DNA from: Bugula neritina | Lineage: Eukaryota > Animalia > Bryozoa | NCBI GenBank assembly: GCA_964035545.1 | Contig: OZ037770.1 | Coordinates: 10,236,973-10,300,972, forward strand | DNA: 64,000 nt | Reading direction: 5' to 3' | In this document: positions 59,301 through 64,000 of the stretch, in pieces | Position numbering within the stretch: the stretch's first letter is position 1 | How the letters are laid out: the number at the start of each line of letters is the position of its first letter | Program-made: the position numbers and the translations under genes | Notes under the pieces: model-generated | Databases searched by the model: none | Told to the model about the DNA's origin: nothing | What the model saw: the letters and a program-made list of their open reading frames with translations, nothing else

Positions 59301-60770
59301 GTAGCCTACAAGAAATCACAAGATGCAACACCTGCTAGGTTTCTGCTACAGAAGGTGCTCAGATTTGATTTAAGAGCTAGTAGCCATATTTAGAAACTTC
59401 GGAACCATTTATTTGGACATGAGTGTATAAACCGATGAAGAAGTTGTGGGTCATCAATAACTGACAACTGAGGTACACAAATTTAAGATTGCAAAGGTAG
59501 CATTTACTCTAGCAAAGACATAGCAGAGTACAGTAGATGCCTAAGTGATGTATGTTACTTACCCATAGAAATAGTGGTTGTATGGTAGCTTGTCTAAAAT
59601 CTTGCAGCTTAGATGCACGTAGTCATTGATATCAAACACCTGAAAGAAAACAACTTTCTGATAATATATATATATATAATGGCATAAATACAGACCAAAA
59701 TGTCAGCAGGGTGACAATTGAGAATGCCATGACAAACACTCCATTCGTAGCCACCAGACTATTACTTGGTAAATCTAAACCAAGCAAATATGTTATCTAT
59801 AGTAGACATTGATTCTGTATAAATGTAATCCCTCATCTACATATGAATTAGAAACTAACCACTACAATCACTTGACATTACCTTCAAAACTCAGCAAGTT
59901 TATAGTCACTATCCCTGTGAGAAACCCCTCATGGAAAGATTTTTGTTGTTGTTAAGGCGAACTAAGGACTTATTTAAATGGGGCACAGGAGTAATTATAA
60001 CTGGATGCTCTTCTTAACATCATCAATGACCTTTGTCGGGTTAGAACCCATAACCTTCGTGCTTACTAGCAAACCCTCTAACTTCTAAACCACGGCTGCA
60101 CCCTTAATATTACTTTTAAAAGAGAAATTAAAAAGACAAAAGCAACAAATTATTGTAAAAGTGAGAAACAAAGTCAAACCTCTTGAAAGGCAATGACATC
60201 ATAATCACTTCGGTTTACCAGCTCAGCTATGGCGGCAAATCTCTCGGTGATGTGAGGAGTTTTTAAAACTGGAATTCTTATTCCCCTGAAATGAAATAAA
60301 AATTTTGTATACAAAACACTTTGTACTTCCGACTACTATTAACGAATTCATGGTTGAATAACTTTTAATATTGGTAGTAAAGAAATGCTACAGCTAAACA
60401 GTGGAGTAAATTATGTAGAAGATGCTAGAATAATGACTAAAATTTTGTTTAGTAATAAGAAAGTTTAAGTTAGATAAAAACATGACTAAAACAACAATTT
60501 AAACCGCAGTGATAGCTTTTTGCCCAATTAAAGTTGTTGAACTAAAAATATAATTACATCAACAACTGCAGTTGAAGTTTTGTGTGTGCAAAGATGAAAC
60601 TAACTTGAATTAATTATAAAACATACCTAAACCAAGATTAAAATATTTCTGTTGAACTTAAATCAATCTACTACAGCTATTCTCACAAAACACGGGTATT
60701 AGTGAATGGTTGAATAAATTAATAACATTTACCAACAATTCAAGGTCATGACATTCAAGGAGCAATCCAT
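53358..60770 (-). CDS. SMPD2: Neutral sphingomyelinase 1 / ISC1-type EEP-family phosphodiesterase, 10 exons (60770-60733, 60285-60180, 59639-59563, 58558-58375, 57893-57684, 57008-56879, 56376-56257, 55716-55617, 54853-54742, 53504-53358), ~407 aa
   Basis: Motifs TLNCWG, FQEV, GLVGSGLCIFSRYPI, LNG..HKVLHGDWYASKG (P-loop-like), HRAVQA, GDFN, RIDYIMY and YSDH. Two C-terminal hydrophobic segments, ending KKFD. Exons sum to 1224 nt in frame. Confidence 0.92.
53584..53926. mobile_element. MITE with ~75-bp TIRs and TAA target duplication (PIF/Harbinger-like) in the last SMPD2 intron
   Basis: GCCTAGGGCCACACAGTGCGTATTTTCGCATGCGAAAATT...GTAGCAAAGGTGTCCACTGT is mirrored almost perfectly at the right end, with TAA on both sides. 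Confidence 0.85.
53929..54019. repeat. 48-bp tandem duplication abutting the MITE
   Basis: ACTATGAYACACTATACAGAGTAAAGAGTGAGAGTTATACTAA occurs twice. Confidence 0.85.
54218..54560. mobile_element. hAT (Charlie-like) MITE, second family
   Basis: AGGGGTGTCCAAC ... GTTGGACAGCCCTG termini with GGGCCAC/GGGCCGC subterminal motifs. Confidence 0.75.
54855..54950. repeat. (CAATA)n pentamer repeat at the SMPD2 exon 9 acceptor
   Basis: Direct reading. Confidence 0.85.
55717..56052. repeat. 35-bp minisatellite, ~9 units, at the SMPD2 exon 8 acceptor
   Basis: Unit GCTGGTAATATACAGGGGGGATAACTGAGTYARCA. Confidence 0.93.
57361..57540. repeat. Degenerate hexamer repeat (GAGTRT-like)
   Basis: 6-bp periodic GTGTGA/GTATGA/GTATCA units. 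Confidence 0.8.
57967..58085 (+). mobile_element. Degenerate SINE fragment
   Basis: GGGAGCAGTTGTGGTTCAGAGGCTA head and a TTGGTGATGCCTAG core remnant. Confidence 0.5.
58557..58702. repeat. ~38-bp tandem repeat, 4 units, at the SMPD2 exon 4 acceptor
   Basis: Unit CTCTACAGTATAATACACAGCTATACACATGTACAATA. Confidence 0.88.
59888..60103 (-). mobile_element. tRNA-derived SINE copy (SMPD2 intron 2)
   Basis: Reverse complement matches 45781-45994 along its length. Confidence 0.88.
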
Positions 60771-62169
60771 GTTGAATTATAAACGTATAGTTAGAGATAT
60801 GTTTCTTTATAGCTAACTCTGTAGGTGAAATTAACTACGGGCTCTTCTCATCACCCCCTTCTTAATTCCGCTGTAACCAAAATTCAAAGTAAAAGCAATT
60901 AAGAATCTAAGACTAAAGAGATATTATATCTTTTGATGAAAATTCAATTATTTAAAACAATCAACAATACATTTACCAGTGTTTTTACCATTCAACTCAA
61001 ATGAGACTGCCATGAATTTAGGAGCAACATTATAATTAGATATGGCTATACTGTATGTTTAAAATTAAAAGCTATAATTGCATTTCAAAAAAACAGACCA
61101 AGCAATAAATTTAGACTAAAATATTAATTTGAGGTGCATCTCAACTTTTTTCTTTAAGCTGAGCAAGTAGTTGTTAAAATGATAAAGTGAAAGAGTTACT
61201 ATATAACTAACTTTATTTGAAGAAACGTAATTTCAACCTTCAACAACTGCATTATTAAATCGCTAGAACCTGATTTATTTAGACTCGAAGTTAATCCTGT
61301 CAACAGCCCATAATATTTTTAGTGTTGAGTTAATGTGACATTTATTTATATACATAAACCTTGATTTGAGTATTTGACATAAGAGTCCATGGGAGGGTAG
61401 TTGAAAAGCAACTACCAAAAGTGAGTTGGCGTGCAGTAGCTGGCTGGTTAAATGGCTAAATTAATAATATCAACACAAACAATCACAGTAACTAAACGTA
61501 AGTACAACAGTGAAATAGTTAGATATACTTAAGATTAGCAGTAGTCACGTGTAGGCCAGTGAGTAAATGATACTTCGACACTAGAGTGCGAGCAATTTAT
61601 TCGGGTTAAACTGAAAATTGTATTTGCTACTGTTAATAACTATTCAACAAAATACTTATTTGTAACTATACTTATACTACTACTAGCATAAAAATACTAA
61701 TAGTAATAGGGCTAGTCTACTGCATTAAATTTAGTCATTATCATTATCATTATGACTTGTAGTTGCACAGTTAAACTTAATGTTATATTTAACTTATACT
61801 AACTTATAGTTATTGTGATAGCTTATAGTTACACTATAGGTTTATAATTAACATTATAATTATTATCATTAGTACAGTATTATAAGTAAATAGCTAAAAA
61901 TGTATTGTGGTAATGATAATCATATTCATTACCATTGTGATCCTAATATTAATATTAATAATAATTACTAAATTAGCAGAAGACAAGATTTAGATTAAGT
62001 CATTAACTATTAAACTTTAAGTTTAAGGTTAGAGACTGGAAGTCAGAGTACTGAGTAGTCAAACTCAATGTACTATCACTACAAGTATAAGTATAACTAT
62101 TAGTATTAATGATAATATTTATTATCATAATCATATTGATAATAATTAATATTAATTGATATTGCTATA

Positions 62170-62580
62170 GATTTGCCTAAACGAATGTTTCAAACGAAGC
62201 TTTCAAAGTTCCAAAAATTAGAAATGCTTTTGCAGGAAGTGCCTCACTTTTTATATAATATATACGGGGCGATCTAACATCATTTCGATAAAAGGTTAGG
62301 TTGCTGGCTTATATCCGGTTTAAATCGAAATCCTTCAATCAATTACTTACACCTGCAGTAGCGAGGTTACATTTACCTTATTTATTAGATTTATTGTGGA
62401 GAGCTTTAGTAACTTAGTCAAGCTAGATCTACTAAAAAATGTTGAATTTTTACCCCTTAAGCCAGTGTTCAAGTTAGTTAGTTTCATTATTTATTTCAAA
62501 AACAAAATTGAATAAAATTTGCAAATAAAATTATTATTCTTCCCTGCAGTTTCACGTTCACTTTGGTTCCATTAACTTCA
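62170..62580. promoter_or_regulatory. Probable divergent promoter region shared by SMPD2 (-) and the TRIM gene (+)
   Basis: Head-to-head genes with a CpG-containing core, an ETS-like CAGGAAGTG (~62233) and a minus-strand donor GTAAGT at ~62350. Confidence 0.35.
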
Positions 62581-63356
62581 AGATTATCAAATATGAATAT
62601 CAATATGAAATTGAATATCAATATATTATTAGTGTTACCTGATAGGCATGGCAGATTCACATTGACTTTTATTTTTCAAGTATGACAATGACTATCACTT
62701 ATCAGTATGAGTATCATTATCAATCAGTATCACTATCACTATGACCATGGTCTCTAAGTCTAAGTATCAATATGAATATTAGACTCGGCATGACTATGAG
62801 TACTAATTGACTAATTTAGTAAATGTAATACTAATAGTATAAGTAATAGTATTACTCTGACTATCAGTATTGGTTTCACTATGACTGGCTATCAATATCA
62901 CTATGCTTATGGTTACTATGACTATCAGTATTACTGTCATAGTCATACTGCTACTCATAGTGGGTAGCATTCTAAATATCATGTTTTAAATAAATAATAA
63001 TGTAGATGTAGATGAATGCTAGCTAATAGCTAATTATTAGCCTATTTAGACTATACTACTCACTGTGCCTATGAGTAAGGCAATATGAGTATCATACATG
63101 AGTATCATACATGAGTATCATACATGAGTCTCAACATAAGTCTTCATGTTTGTGTTGAATATAACTATAAATATAAGTCATGATTATCACATTCTATTTT
63201 GTTTTGTCATACATGAAGTTAATGATTAAATCATCATCATTAGTAATATGAATATTAGACTATAAGTGAAAGTATGAGTATGACTACAAGTGTAAGAGTG
63301 ATTGTGTCCCAGAAAATGTAATACTTAGTCTTATATTGCTAGGCTAGTTGATCTAA

Positions 63357-64000
63357 ATGGCGGAGGCCGCAGTGGAAAAAGTTGTGTGTGGGTTCTGTTT
63401 ACTTGAAGAAAATTTAGAGAATCCCAAGTGTCTACCATGTGGTCATGTACACTGTTTACTGTGTCTTACTCGTAATGTTGATGTGAATGACATGATCAGG
63501 TGTCCCTGGTGTAGGTAAGTTGGTTTTATATAGACAGAGCTGAGACATACTGTTGGTAAAGAGTTAATGATTTCACCTTATACCAAATTATTGCCTTCCC
63601 TTATATGTTGTTTCAAACATTACAAAATAATCATGTGTTCTGCACAGAGAAGTGTTTGATGTGAGAGTGGAAAGTCTTCCATCTGCTGATATAGAGGACA
63701 ACTCCGTATCATGTGACGTGTGCACTAAGAAAGGGATAGAGAAAGTACCAGCAGTTATATACTGCACTGTGTGTCGTAAACTCTTCTGCAGAAAACATGA
63801 TGAGGTATTTATTTGATAATACAACTATTAATTACTATTCAAGTTATGCACCATGCTTTTTGTAAGCCTATTACGTTTGTTTTTTCTTTGAGATATAGTT
63901 CATGTTAAATATGTCTTCTGTTATATTCAGTCACATGATGACACCAGTGATGACCACCAAAAGATGACCATCACTGACTACAGAATACAGGCCAAGAGAA
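63357..64000 (+). CDS. TRIM-type RING/B-box protein, 5' part only (exons 63357-63514, 63648-63804, 63931-window end)
   Basis: C3HC4 RING: CGFC...PKCLPCGHVHCLLC...CPWCR. B-box: CDVC...AVIYCTVCRKLFCRKHDESH....DH. GT-AG joins keep the frame. Confidence 0.88.

Overview
AT-rich, intron-containing animal genomic DNA, probably from a marine invertebrate; the taxon cannot be fixed from the sequence alone. Hand-splicing at GT-AG sites gives ten genes, all with open frames. In order they are: a 5-exon divergent heparan-sulfate 3-O-sulfotransferase-like gene (-); a tandem array of four 8-exon CYP2-clan cytochrome P450s (+); a 7-exon secreted protein with a Cys/His-rich N-terminal domain, two TSP1 repeats and a basic tail (-); two tandem 2-exon LicD/fukutin-family transferases with a hydrophobic segment at each end (+); a 10-exon neutral sphingomyelinase, SMPD2 (-); and the 5' part of a RING/B-box (TRIM) gene (+). 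Interspersed are about 9 copies of a tRNA-derived SINE, hAT and Harbinger-like MITEs, a solo LTR nested in a SINE, a 179-bp palindrome and several micro/minisatellites. The strongest observations are: the two middle P450s are recombinant hybrids of the two outer types, with a visible junction scar; P450 divergence concentrates in substrate-recognition sites; the doubly anchored LicD pair sits beside an atypical sphingomyelinase; and tandem repeats recur exactly at splice sites. Exon coordinates were read by eye and may be off by a base or two.
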